DNA of 37,547 nucleotides. It comes from an uncultured Christensenella sp. (GTDB lineage: Bacteria > Bacillota > Clostridia > Christensenellales > UBA1242). Every line of letters starts with the position of its first letter. Positions within the stretch are counted from its first letter, which is position 1. The stretch covers positions 1-37,547 of the forward strand of contig CAOKRZ010000002.1 of NCBI GenBank assembly GCA_948471335.1, written 5' to 3'. The position numbers and the translations under genes are program-made. Positions 25,400 through 36,600 of this stretch are shown here, piece by piece. The notes under the pieces were generated by a model. The model was not told the DNA's origin. It searched no databases and saw only the letters and a program-made list of their open reading frames with translations.

Positions 25400-25474
25400 T
25401 GGCTCCCCTTGTAGGATTCGAACCTACGACCTACCGGTTAACAGCCGGGCGCTCTACCACTGAGCTAAAGAGGA
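25400..25474 (-). tRNA. tRNA-Asn: tRNA-Asn (anticodon GTT), CCA encoded
   Basis: The minus strand folds by hand into a cloverleaf. The acceptor stem is TCCTCTT/AAGGGGA (one G-U pair) and the D arm is GCTC-AGTGGTA-GAGC. The anticodon arm CCCGG-CTGTTAA-CCGGT has loop C-T-GTT-A-A. The variable loop is AGGTC, the T arm is GTAGG-TTCGAAT-CCTAC, the discriminator is G, and CCA is encoded. Confidence 0.9.
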
Positions 25475-25569
25475 TCATGTTATTTTTCGAGCGCCCGTCT
25501 GCTTAGCCGTTACCGGTTTAACTCCGCATTCGCTCTATAAAGCCTTCTTTACTTAAGGCTACAATGCAT

Positions 25570-25598
25570 ATAATATCAAATTGTAAAGGGAATGTCAA
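25570..25598 (-). promoter_or_regulatory. near-consensus sigma-A promoter driving the tRNA-Asn transcript
   Basis: The minus strand reads TTGACA (25593-25598), 17-nt spacer, TATTAT (25570-25575). The predicted TSS is near 25562, about 88 nt upstream of the mature tRNA 5' end. Confidence 0.6.
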
Positions 25599-25625
25599 TA
25601 AAATTATGACAGATTTTTAAAAAAT

Positions 25626-25802
25626 TTAGTCAATAATTTCTACAATGGCATTTGGGAGGGAGTTGTTTTTGTCGTCAAGGTCGTCATACTTATTATTTAT
25701 GCGATTAAGGATGATTGTCGTGACAATGGCAAAAACAATGGCAAGTGAGATGAGAATGATTGCCAAGATCTTTATTTTTTTGCCTTTATTTTTTTCTTCC
25801 AT
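25626..25802 (-). CDS. 58-aa single-pass membrane protein in the position where divIC/ftsB-like genes follow yabQ
   Basis: Hand-translated; it falls below the track cutoff. It reads MEEKNKGKKIKILAIILISLAIVFAIVTTIILNRINNKYDDLDDKNNSLPNAIVEIID. GGAGG lies 12 nt upstream, and the ORF overlaps the yabQ 3' end by 31 nt in another frame. Confidence 0.35.
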   Translation of the reverse strand: MEEKNKGKKIKILAIILISLAIVFAIVTTIILNRINNKYDDLDDKNNSLPNAIVEIID

Positions 25803-26140
25803 TGTGCGATTTTGCCTCCAAATTCGGATAGTTTATTATAGCATTTCTCAAGCACTTTTGTCCACAAAAATCCGATTGTGAATCTTTCTATAAGCAAAAA
25901 AGTTATAAACTCAAGAAGTGTAAATAAACGAAATTGCCCAAAATTTATTTTGAGGTTGACGAAGAATAAAACAATGGAAGAAATGATTATTGCAAAAAAA
26001 TATAAAATTTGAGATATAACCTTTTTCTTTTTGACAGGAAAGATAAGGAAGTTTGCTGCGTCAAAAAACAGCCCGCATAAAAAACCTGCAATTGCCAAAC
26101 ACAAAAGCAGCAGGGGCTGATTGAAAGTTGGGAAAAGCAT
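25772..26140 (-). CDS. yabQ: spore cortex biosynthesis protein YabQ-like membrane protein
   Basis: 122 aa, polytopic and hydrophobic. Its ATG shares one base with the yabP stop (TAATG), matching the conserved yabP-yabQ order of endospore formers. Confidence 0.6.
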   Translation of the reverse strand: MLFPTFNQPLLLLCLAIAGFLCGLFFDAANFLIFPVKKKKVISQILYFFAIIISSIVLFFVNLKINFGQFRLFTLLEFITFLLIERFTIGFLWTKVLEKCYNKLSEFGGKIAQWKKKIKAKK

Positions 26141-26394
26141 TATTTAAAAATCCTTTTCAAGATTGGGGTTTTTCCAGAAGAAAGCGACGCAAGCTTAACA
26201 TTTGAAAACTTGCCACTGAAACAAACTTCTTGACTTTCAAGGTTGAGTTTTTTGACTTCAATGTCATTGCCAGAAATCACAATTGTGTTGCTTGCAGTCT
26301 CAACAACGGCTTGGCTTTGAGTGGAAGAAGAAACTCTTGTCGCACCTTTTATTGTGATCATTTCGTTATTTTCAATTGAGATTGATTGATTCAT
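26140..26394 (-). CDS. yabP: sporulation protein YabP
   Basis: I prefer the ATG at 26394 (SD AGGAG). ITIKGATRVSSSTQSQAVVETASNTIVISGNDIEVKKLNLESQEVCFSGKF...ILKRIFK is colinear with B. subtilis YabP, including the C-terminal hydrophobic-K-x-hydrophobic-F-K ending. Confidence 0.85.
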   Translation of the reverse strand: MNQSISIENNEMITIKGATRVSSSTQSQAVVETASNTIVISGNDIEVKKLNLESQEVCFSGKFSNVKLASLSSGKTPILKRIFK

Positions 26395-26475
26395 ATTTGC
26401 TCCTTTTTTAAATTTTATTAAGAAAACATTCAAAAAATGCTGGCAATTTATGGAAATTTGTTTTACAATGTTTCT

Positions 26476-27303
26476 ATGCAGAAATTGGAAATTGAAGTTA
26501 AGAAGAAAGATAAGCTTTTAAACATTCTTTCAGCGCAAGGTTTTTCTTACAGCTATGCTTGTAAGCTTTTGCGCAATAAAGATATAAAGGTTGACGATGT
26601 GCGGGTGAAAGAAAACATCGATGTTTTTGTTGGATCTTTCATAACCATCTTTTACGCTGAAGGCGCATTGAAAGAAGGTTATGAAATTGTTTATGAAGAC
26701 GAAGATATCATTTGTCTTAATAAATCTAAGGGCATTGAAGTTGAAGGTAAAGACGGGCTGGAAGGAAAAATTCCAGGAGCGAAAGCTGTGCATAGGCTTG
26801 ACCGTAACACAGAAGGGCTTCTTGTTATGGCGAAAAATAAATTTGCAGAGGAAGAACTTTTGAAAGCCTTCAAGAACCATACTATTGTGAAAAAATATAT
26901 TGCAGAAGTTGTTGGCGAAACAAGTTTTAAAGGAGAAATTTATAAGGCTTACATTGAAAAAGATTCAAAAAACAGTTTTGTGAAAGTTTTTCCAAACGAC
27001 AAGAAAAATAGACAAGAAATCATTACGGGCTTTAAAACAATCAAGTCAGGCGGAGCAACAAGTCTTGTTGAATGTATGCTTTTCACTGGGAAAACGCACC
27101 AAATTCGTGCACATCTTGCTTTTTTAGGTCATCCAATTGTCGGAGACGGAAAATATGGCTTAAATGCTGTCAACAAAAAGTTTAAAGCAAAAACTCAAAG
27201 TCTTATTTGTCATTATTTGAGGCTTGAAGGTCTCGGTGTACATTTGTCTCATTTGAATGGAAAAGAATTTAAATTAAATCAAAAATACATAAAAAATCAA
27301 TAA
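26476..27303 (+). CDS. RluA-family 23S rRNA/tRNA pseudouridine synthase with N-terminal S4-like domain
   Basis: The catalytic motif is HRLDRNTEGLLVMAK, with GKTHQIRAHLAFLGHPIVGDGKYG further on. The start is uncertain (26476 MQKLEIEV... or the track ATG at 26437; neither has a clear SD). Confidence 0.85.
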   Translation: MQKLEIEVKKKDKLLNILSAQGFSYSYACKLLRNKDIKVDDVRVKENIDVFVGSFITIFYAEGALKEGYEIVYEDEDIICLNKSKGIEVEGKDGLEGKIPGAKAVHRLDRNTEGLLVMAKNKFAEEELLKAFKNHTIVKKYIAEVVGETSFKGEIYKAYIEKDSKNSFVKVFPNDKKNRQEIITGFKTIKSGGATSLVECMLFTGKTHQIRAHLAFLGHPIVGDGKYGLNAVNKKFKAKTQSLICHYLRLEGLGVHLSHLNGKEFKLNQKYIKNQ

Positions 27304-27506
27304 AAAATCAAAAAAAATAGGTTTTTTATTAAAATTAATTTAAAATATTAAAAAAAATAAATAAAAAATATTTTTCTCCCAGCAAAATAAAGGGGGATAA
27401 TATTTTTTTAATATACTATTTTATTTATATAAACATCAAAAAAACATTTTGGGAATTGAGTAAAAAGGTGGTAAAATACAAATACTACAAACGCGACAAT
27501 TTCATT

Positions 27507-27543
27507 TTTTCGCTGTTTGAGTAATGCTTGAAAAATAGCGAAA
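27507..27543 (+). promoter_or_regulatory. 11-bp inverted repeat (5' UTR hairpin or operator) just upstream of the giant gene's SD
   Basis: TTTCGCTGTTT...(14 nt)...AAATAGCGAAA forms 10 Watson-Crick pairs plus one G-U. It ends 5 nt before the AAGAGGAA SD. Confidence 0.4.
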
Positions 27544-27560
27544 CTTAAGAGGAATTTCAA

Positions 27561-27626
27561 ATGAAGAAATATTTTACATTATTTTTTGCATTCATTTGTT
27601 CTTCACTATTGTTGCTTTCTTCTTGT
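27561..27626 (+). other. lipoprotein signal peptide and lipobox (cleavage before Cys22)
   Basis: MKKYFTLFFAFICSSLLLLSS|CGSQ has a positively charged n-region, a hydrophobic core, and L-S-S-C fitting [LVI][ASTVI][GAS]C. Confidence 0.75.
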
Positions 27627-30600
27627 GGCAGCCAAAGCACACTTAAAGGAAGCTTCAAACAAAGTGAATATGTTTTGTCGTTGGATGAAAATATTGATTT
27701 TTTGCAGGGCTTTTCGTGCAAGGGCTTTTCGATCAGCGATCTCACACTTTCTTTCAGCAATGAAGGAATTGTGGAATATGATCAGGCGACGGAAAGTTAT
27801 GTCGCAAAAGCTTCTGGTCAGACGCTCGCTTTGGCAAAGGCAAAAGGGCAAACAGTTGCAAGCGCAAATGTTTTTGTAAAACAACATTTTTCGGCTGTTA
27901 CTGGAATTTCACTTTCAAATGACGGATTGCTTTCTTGGGACGAAAGTTATGTGATTTATTCGGGGGAAAAAATAGTCGCAAAGAATTATGAACTGGCACT
28001 GAATGACTCGAAGATAACAGTTGAAGGCAACACTTATCAGCTTGACAATGAAGGCGTCTATAACATAAGCATTCAAGCGCTTGGAAGCGAAAGCGAAAAA
28101 GTTGACGCATCAAAAGCAAGTGAAAGTCAAACATTTTTCTATAAAGTTATGCCTTCACTTCAATCTTTCATGCTTTCAACTTCTGAAGAATTTAACAATC
28201 ACGAAGTGACTTTAAGATGGGAGGCAGTTTCTGGCGCTAGATATAAAATCAAAGCAGGCGGAATTGTCTTGGCTGAAAACACGATTGAAAATTACATAAC
28301 TTTCAACATGAGAAACTTTGCGGGTGGACAAGAGTGCGAAGTGTCAGTTGAAGTGATTGATGAAAATGGTGAAAATCTTTCAAACATAACAAATTTTTCT
28401 GTAGTAAAACTTGAAACTCCAGAAATGGAATATAAGCTTGAAAATGGCGATGGAAAAATCGTTTTTGCAAACAACGAAAATGCAAGAAGTTATTTTGGCA
28501 GAGCGATTGATCTTTCAAACACTCAACCTGTGCAAATTTTAAGCGAAAACAACTTTGACAGAAAAGATTATGTTGAAACGTTTGCAAACGGACTAGGCTT
28601 CGGAGTTTATGAGCTTACTGTTCAAGGCAAAGGCAAAGGCGCATATGCAAACAGCAATGTTTCAGCAGGGCTTAATTTTGTAAAACTTGCGATGCCAGAA
28701 GTTGAATATTCTGTTGTTGACAAAAGCCTTATTTTAAAACTTCAAAAAGACGAAAACGTAAACAGGATAAAAGTTCTTTGCGGCGAGAAAGAAATATTAT
28801 GGAATACTGACAATGTTGACACGCTTACCATTGACATAAGCGAATTTGAAACAGGAGCACATGACGTGCAATTGTTCGCATTGCCAAAGTTTGACGATGA
28901 CGGCGCTGTCATTCCGGTTAAGGTTGGCAATGTGACATCATCAAATGTTGTCAATTCAGACGCAAAGATTTTGACTTTCTACGTTCTTGATGAGATTGGC
29001 GAGGTTGAACATTCGCTTAGCGGGAATTTAAGCGTTTTAAGTTTTGACAAAGTTGAATTTGCAAACAGCTATAAATTAACTTTAAACGGGCAAGAACTTT
29101 ATGACTTCGTTGAAAAAGATGGCAAGATCGTTTTTGAAATTGAGGATCTAAAAAACTTTGCGCCTATCCAAGGCAAATATGTTTTTGATATTTCTGCGAC
29201 AGAAATAAACGGAACTTCAACAAAAGTAACGACTTCAAAGACGCTGACAATTCTTGGCACGGTTACAGCAAGTGAAAACCAAACAAATGGCGGCTATGCT
29301 TGGAACAGACTTTCTGAAGATGAAGAAAAAGTTGAATATCGTTATGAACTTTATCAGACAGCAAGTGATTTCAACATAACTGGTCTTCCAGCAAAGGTTG
29401 AAACAACCAAAGAATGTGCAGTTGACGGACTTGGATTTGGGTATTACGTCATCAAAGTATATTCAAAGTCACTTGACACAAATATCTATCTTGACAGTGA
29501 TTTCAGAGAAGACACCTTTTTCACAGAAAAGTTTATTGTAACAGAAAAAATTGAACAACCAGAGTATTCTTTCATTGTTACGGATGACGGAGACTATACG
29601 CTTAGGATAACTAAGCCAACTCATGCGACAGAATATGAGGTTTACGTAAATGATGTGCTTGATGGAACATACTCAAGTGATGCATCCACAATTGATTATT
29701 ATTTTGCGAAAAACGATTTCGTAGAAGCTGGGAAATTTATCGTTGAAGTTGTTGCAAAAACAACGGCAGAAGATGGAGATCCTGTTTTGCATCCAGCGTC
29801 AGATCGCTCACAAATCGTTGTGACAAAGCTTGCTTCTCCAAAATTTAAAACTGCTCTTACATTTGATGGCAATGGAGAAAAACAAAGTGAAACGATAAGT
29901 GTTGAGCTTATCGACAACGCAGAAAAAGCTGAAATTTTCCTTAACGGGGTTTCTTGCGGCGAAGTTGGATCTGTGGACGTAAAAGATATTGTGGGATCAA
30001 GTTTCACGCTCTCTGCAAAATTTATTGCACAAGAAGCGGAAGATAAAAATTATTACATTGACAGCAATGAAACAAGAGAAACTTTCACAAGACTTTCAAG
30101 ACCAACTGGCATGAAGCATGAAAACGGAAAAATAACTTTTGAAAGCGTTGATCATGAAGATTGTGAAAAATATATTTCCTTTATAACTCTTATTCACAAA
30201 ACAAATCCAGCTCAGAACTATACTGCAAGATATGAGTTTACTTCAATTCCATTTGATATAAATACGGCGATAAACGAACTCGCAGTTAATGACAACAAGT
30301 TTGCGCAGAACTATGGAAATTCATTAAAGAACATTGAAGTTGTGATTTACGCATACTCTTCAGCTGAAGGAAAACTCTCTTCGCTTAAAGCAACATCTGC
30401 CGATGGCGAAAAGTTGACTCTTTCTCGTCTTGAAGAAGTCCCTGTTTTGGAATTTGATACAGAGACTCTCACTTTAAGTTGGAAAAGTGTTGGCTCTGGA
30501 AGCAGCACAACTTTCTATGATCTTTACATCGATAACGAACTTTATAGGGAAGACATCACAGAAACAAGTTTCGACCTTTCAGTGCTGGATTTCAGCGAGA

Positions 30601-33600
30601 CCAAAAAAATCGCTTTGACAGCAAACAATGCGTCATATCTTTCATCAGCGCAAAGTCAGCCACTTTTGATCAGAAGACTTTCAAGCGTAGACAATGTGCG
30701 AGTTTTGCTTGGTATGGATAACAAATGGCTTTTGAATTTTGACATTTCATCGGATGATATTGGAAAGGTTCAAGAGATCTTGGTTGGCGATCAAACTTTC
30801 ACAGGTGCAACCGTGAGCGCTGAGCTTAAGGAAGGGGAATATCTCATCCAAGTGAAAGCTGTCGCAAGACAAGGACAAAACATTTTCCTTGATTCATTGA
30901 AGCGCAAGTTTGTGTTTTCAGATCTTTCACAAATACAGATTGCATCCAAAATTGAAGATGGTGCTTTTTCTTGGGAAGCTGTTGGGGCAGACTTTGTCGG
31001 AACTAATGAAATTCCACTTTCATATATTGTAAAACTCTATCGTGGTGAAAATGAAATCAAAAACATTCCAACCTCAGAAACAACATTGAAGCTTGATGAG
31101 ATTGCTTCGCTTGCAGGAGTCAACTTATCAAGCGGAGACTATTCGCTTGAGGTTGTCACAGCTCTTAATAATTACAGCTTGACAAGTGTTGAAGGGAATG
31201 CAAAAGGATATTTCAATCAAGCTCAAAGCATCAAGCTTGATCTAAAAAAACTTTCAAGTGTTGCTGGTGCAAATGTATCAGTTGTTGACAGCGATGATGC
31301 CAGAACACTTGATAAAAAACAAAATGCCTTCATCTCAATTTCTTTTGCAGATGTTTGGCAAGAAGATGTAAATTTCAAAGTTCAAGCGGGCGAGCTTGAC
31401 GAAACTTTGAAAGCTGGCGACAGCATAAGAACAACAGACAACAAACTTCTTATGAACTTGGCGCTATCTGAAAACGGGCAATACACTCTTCTTATCGCAA
31501 ATTCGCTTTTCAGTCAAAATGCACAGATCGATATCAGCGTTCACAGCCAAAAGGCAATTTCATCAGACGTTTCACGATTTACTCTTGACAGACTTTCAAA
31601 ACCAGCCAACGTTTCAATTGATAAGCTTGGCAAACTGACACTTGATAAAGTAGAAGGCGTAAATTATGTTGTTAGATATTCAATCGGGGCAAAATTTAAT
31701 GTCGACCTTATTCTTCAAACAAATGAAATTGATTTGCTTCCTGAATTTGAAGACTATTATTCTTCGTTCAGCGTAATTGTTCTCGCCTTTGATGAGAGCG
31801 GGAAGAAGTTGCCTTCAATTGACACTGTGAGAATTGAAGGAGATCGTCCAGCGCCTGTTGAAGAGCTTGTTGTTGACGATCAAGGCAATGTGAACATGAA
31901 ACTGTCTGGGCACAGTCAAGTTGTTTTCACAATAAGAAAATACGACACAGAAATTGACAACGATATCTTGTTGACGGGAGAAGACGGAAACTTCTCAATT
32001 TCACTTCATAAGCTTATCGACTTATTCGAAATCTCAAGAAGTGAAAGAATAACTCTCGGTTTTGCTGTAAACGCAACTTCTCAGGATAGAAATGTTGTCA
32101 TTCCATCGCCTTTCACTGACTTAACTTTCAACTATGTAAGCACAAACGATATGTCAAAAACTGTGGATTGGAAACGCGGACGTCATTATGGCGAAAATTA
32201 TATCATAATGGATGAACTTGATGGTGACCTTGAAACTACTGCATTTGAAGTTTTGGTGAAATACAACAAATTCGTTATAGACGAACAAGGCGTGGCTTCA
32301 CTTGAAGAATTTGTTGAAGAAAATGTATTCCTTGCGTCAGAAATAAGTGGATACTGGATTAAAGAGATAAACGAGGCTGGAATAACAGTTGAGTATTTTG
32401 ACAGAAATTATAAAGGCGCAAAATATGTTGCTTGTTATGGACTTGAATTGGGACAGCTGCTTATAAACGCTGACTACGGCAAAATTCACATTGAGGTCAC
32501 TCGAATTGCAAAATCAAAAACTGATGGGCTTTTCACTGAGTATGCTGAGGAAAGTGTGGATGTGACAAAAGTTAATGCTCCAACAGAGTTTAAGTTTATG
32601 AAAGATTCAAAAGCAACTGTGACTTGGGACTGGACAAGAAGGTTTGAAGAAGATGACCTTACAGCCGACAGCGAAGCTCCACTTTGCGCTGGTTACATTG
32701 TGTATATCACTGACCTAAGAGAAGGCGGCGGAGAACAAACATTCTTCGTGACTGACAGAATGAGTCTTGACATATTTGATGTGCTTGTGCCAAATGTGCC
32801 ATATTTGATTTCTGTTCAAGCTGTTTCAAATGTTGATTATCAAATTGGGTCAAACAGACCAGCTGCTCTGAATGCAAACAAATATACTTCGCCTATGCAA
32901 GTGACCGTGATTGACGGAAAAATTGTCTTCGACCTTGCAAGCATTGGTGGCGGGCAAAATCTTGATTTCATCAAATACTTTGACGAAAACAGACTTACAG
33001 ATGACAATTTTGCTGCAAATTTCCTTGCTGAAACATTCTCGTCACTGTTTACATTCAATCTTGAAAACTGTTCTTCACAAAAAATAAGACTCACTTTCAC
33101 TGATGGAACAAAATCTTATTCGGCAATTGTCAATGCAATCGACCTGATCCCAGATTTAAGTGAGGTTGAATTGTCTGACGGCCGCGGATTTATGGAATCG
33201 CTTGAAAGTCTGATTACAGGAAGCTCAAGCACAGCCAGCATTCAAAGAATAAGCAGATTTTATGAAGCACTTTTAAACGCAAACAAAGGCGTCGCTGACA
33301 ATCAAATATTGTTTGACAGCTTTGGAGAAAACGTCCCTGCAGGGAATTACAGCATAACTGCAAGCCACTATAGTGACCCAGAAAGCGGAAGAATCGAATC
33401 AAATGGCTCAATAGCAAAAACTGCTTATGTTATCAGTGCGGCAGGTTATGAACTTGGCGTTACTGGCGAAAATAACGACAAGTACTACGCGCGCTTTAGG
33501 CCGGTGAGTGCTTTATTTGAAAATAATGGAACAATGGAAACTGCCTATGCCTACACAATGGTATGGAGGAAAAACAGCAAAGTCTACACCTTTGATATCA

Positions 33601-36600
33601 CTGGTGATAGCCAAGGCACTTGGGTTATTGTTGCCAGAGATAAGAACTATCAAATTTCAAATTGCCTTCGTTATGAAAACGGATATGTTGTCATCGACCT
33701 TTCGCTGATGGCAAGACTGGCTTCAACAATTGGCTTTGATAAAGATGAATATAGAGTTGCAATCTTTGCCAACGGCAACAACTTTGCAATCAATGGCAAG
33801 TCTGCAAGCTTTGACCTTGAATTCCTTGATTTCTCAAGCGGCTTCACGTTTATGGACGGACAACTTTCTTGGGTTGCAAGATCAAATGCTTCAACTAAGA
33901 TTGTAACCAAGGTAGAAGGCTTTGAAGATGATATAAAATTGATTTCAACTTCTGCAAATCAAGTGATGACTCTTCCGCTTACAATAGACGGAAATTACAC
34001 ACTTATAACAATTTCACTTTTGGGCAGAGAGCCTGGAGACTCAAAAATCAGTGTAGAAAGTGATAGATATGCAATTGTGAATGCTTTCAAACTTTACGCG
34101 CCTTCTGCAGCTGCAAATGAAAATGCAATTGTTTTCAGTCAAGATCCAAGAAATAATATGAAAAGCATTCAGCTTGAAATATCAAACAATTCTTCTCAAG
34201 GGAAATATGTTTCAGATATAACAACAGGGCAAAGTTATACATATTATCCAGGACAGCTTTCAGGCGAAGAAAACGCGACAGTCTTCAGTGGAAAGCTTGT
34301 TGGAAACAGCGGAGTTGTAACTTCAAGCTCGGTTTCAAACATGGATTATCAATATCTTCTCACTCTTACTGACTCCGATTTCATCTTCTCTTCATCTGCA
34401 GTTGACTTTGCGGGGAAAATGCTTGGTTCAATTTCTCAAGAAAAGGGAATTGCAATAGAAGACGGATTTCTTACTTGGGAAGATGACGAAAATGTCACTC
34501 TCTCTGAAGGAAGCAATGTTTATTACAAGCTTACAGTTTACGCTTATGCAAATTCTTCTCAAACTCCAAGACGTTATGAGTTCTTCACTTCTCAAACTCG
34601 TTTTGACACAGCGCTTATTGTTCAAGAAGTTGAAAATGAAACCTTCAATTTCTCTGTTCAAAAATTTGCATTAACTCTCGGCAGTGAAAATGATTATGAC
34701 GTTCAAACAGTTGAAGGACAATATCTAAAATGGGGACAAAGCAGATATCAATCAACTGATCAGTATGTGCTTTCAAGTCTGCTTGTATATAGAAATGAAA
34801 ATGACAGAAAGTTCTCTTCTGTTAAAGATCTCAAAGTTACAAACGGACAGATCTCATGGGCAAGCTTTGACAACGCAACAAGCATCAAATACGTAGTTAT
34901 TGACAAAAACAACAATCAAGAGATTGCAGGAAGGGTGACAAATCCTCAAAGTCAACTTGGGCGAACTGTCTTCACTCCAAACGTGAATGCCTTTACTGGA
35001 AGCAATCCTCACGAGCTTGCAGTTTACGCTTTCGGCTCTGCTTTAGGACAAGCGCAACTTAAGTCAAAAGAAAGCGTTCTTACAAATGTTTACAAGCTTA
35101 GGACTGTCACTGAACAAAACTTTGATTTAAGCTTTGTTTCAAACAATGTTTATAGGCTTAATCTTCAAAATTATTTTGAAAGAAATATCATTGACCATTC
35201 AAATGACGACTATGTAATCAGAGTTAAAGTTGAATACAACGATAATGACAGTCAAGAAATGATTTTGACAAACAAAAAGATGGAAGGATATATTACAACA
35301 GGCGACAACAATTTCAGTGGAGATGCAATTGCCGTGCCTTCCAGCGCGAGAAACTTGAGACTTTCTTTTGTGGTTGAAAGCGCTGGACTTCTCTATGAGA
35401 ATACTGGAGTCAATGTCCTTAATTCAGACGCAAGTCAAGTTTACAGCCTTTCTCTTTTAGAGTGGGTTGAAGGCGAACTTTCTTACAACAGTGAAAAAGC
35501 TTTGCTTTCTTGGCAATATAGCGGCGAGGCAGCAAACCCTCAGTTTCTCATCAATATCACTTATCAAAACTCTCAAGTGTTGTCTTATCTTACATATGAA
35601 AGATCATTTGCACCAAGACTTATTGGCACAATTGTTAAAGTTGAAGTGAGAGTACGAAACGGACAGTCGGCACTGTTTTCAAAAGAAAGTAAAGTGCTTG
35701 AAGAGAGAATTGTATTAAATATCTTCGAACAAGGCGACGGAACGGAAGCAAATCCTTACATTATCAAAAATCAATCTCAGTTTGAAAATATTGCTTTAAG
35801 AAACGAACAAGATATTTATTTTAAACTTTCAAATGACCTTCTGCTTACAAATGTTTCGATTGAAGAATTGAGGGGCGTTTTGGATGGCAATGGTCATAAG
35901 ATAAACATTTCTGTGACTGACAAAGAATTGCTTAAACAAGTTTCGTTTGCAGAGGCTTTAGTCAGCGGCTCAGGGACAAATGAGGAAAGATTTGAAAAAA
36001 GCTATGCGCTTTTTGGCACAATCGCAGCAACAGGCGCAATAAAAAATCTTGAGATTGAATTTGCTGCTTATGTAGAAGTTGACTGCAATATCGTCCTTTC
36101 TTCACTTGCTTATGAAAATTATGGAATGATTTCAAATTGCGTTATTTCAAAAATTGAAATTTCTGGCACTTCAAGTCAAAGCGGATATAACTATCTTGCG
36201 CTCGGCGGAATTGCAACTGTAAATAACGGGACAATCGCTTCGTGCCAAAACACATTCCAAGGTCAGCCTTTCAGCTTGACGGTTTCATATTGCAATTTTG
36301 TTTACGGGTCAATTGCCATTTCAAACAATGGTGAGATTTCCTCTTGCTTTAATAGCGGTGACATTTCGTTAAGCATTCTCTCAAGCAGCTCTTCACATTA
36401 TTTCGCCGGTATTGCCATTTCAAACAAAGGCAGAATTAGCGCATGTGGAAATGACGGAGGCGTAGAGTTTGTCCCTATGGGGCAACTTTCAAGTGTTTAT
36501 ACTTTCGCTGCAGGCATTTCACTCAGACTGTATAGTGAAGGGGAAATTCTAAACTCATACAACAACGCACAGCTTTCTGACACATCGAATGGCGGCAGCG

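Noticed and set aside
25480-25530. Possible small SRP (4.5S) RNA in the tRNA-Asn leader, because of a GNRA-capped hairpin with a 3' AGCAG.
   Set aside because: The 5' side lacks the conserved domain IV loop sequence (the GGUCAGGUCC-type context). The helix around the tetraloop is only 3 bp, and the element is about half the length of even minimal SRP RNAs. It is kept only as an unexplained leader structure.
25645-25881. Plus-strand 78-aa ORF between the tRNA and yabQ.
   Set aside because: It is antisense to the yabQ 3' end and to the better-supported 58-aa minus-strand ORF. It has no SD, and its product looks like the mirror image of a TM segment.
27300-27420. Repetitive-looking A-rich stretch; considered as a CRISPR array, tandem repeat or mobile-element end.
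   Set aside because: There is no regular repeat-spacer periodicity and no unit longer than a few bases recurs exactly. It is low-complexity A/T DNA, not an array, and no cas or transposase genes are present in the window.
924-34674. Dozens of 60-160-aa track ORFs nested inside or antisense to the long genes (for example 924-1404 and 1458-1877 in glmM, 18629-20620 in the ATPase, 21908-25213 in the M60 gene, 27586-35649 in the giant gene).
   Set aside because: Each lies wholly within a much longer ORF that carries strong family motifs. They lack an SD, have low-complexity or odd composition, and are the expected shadow ORFs of AT-rich coding DNA.
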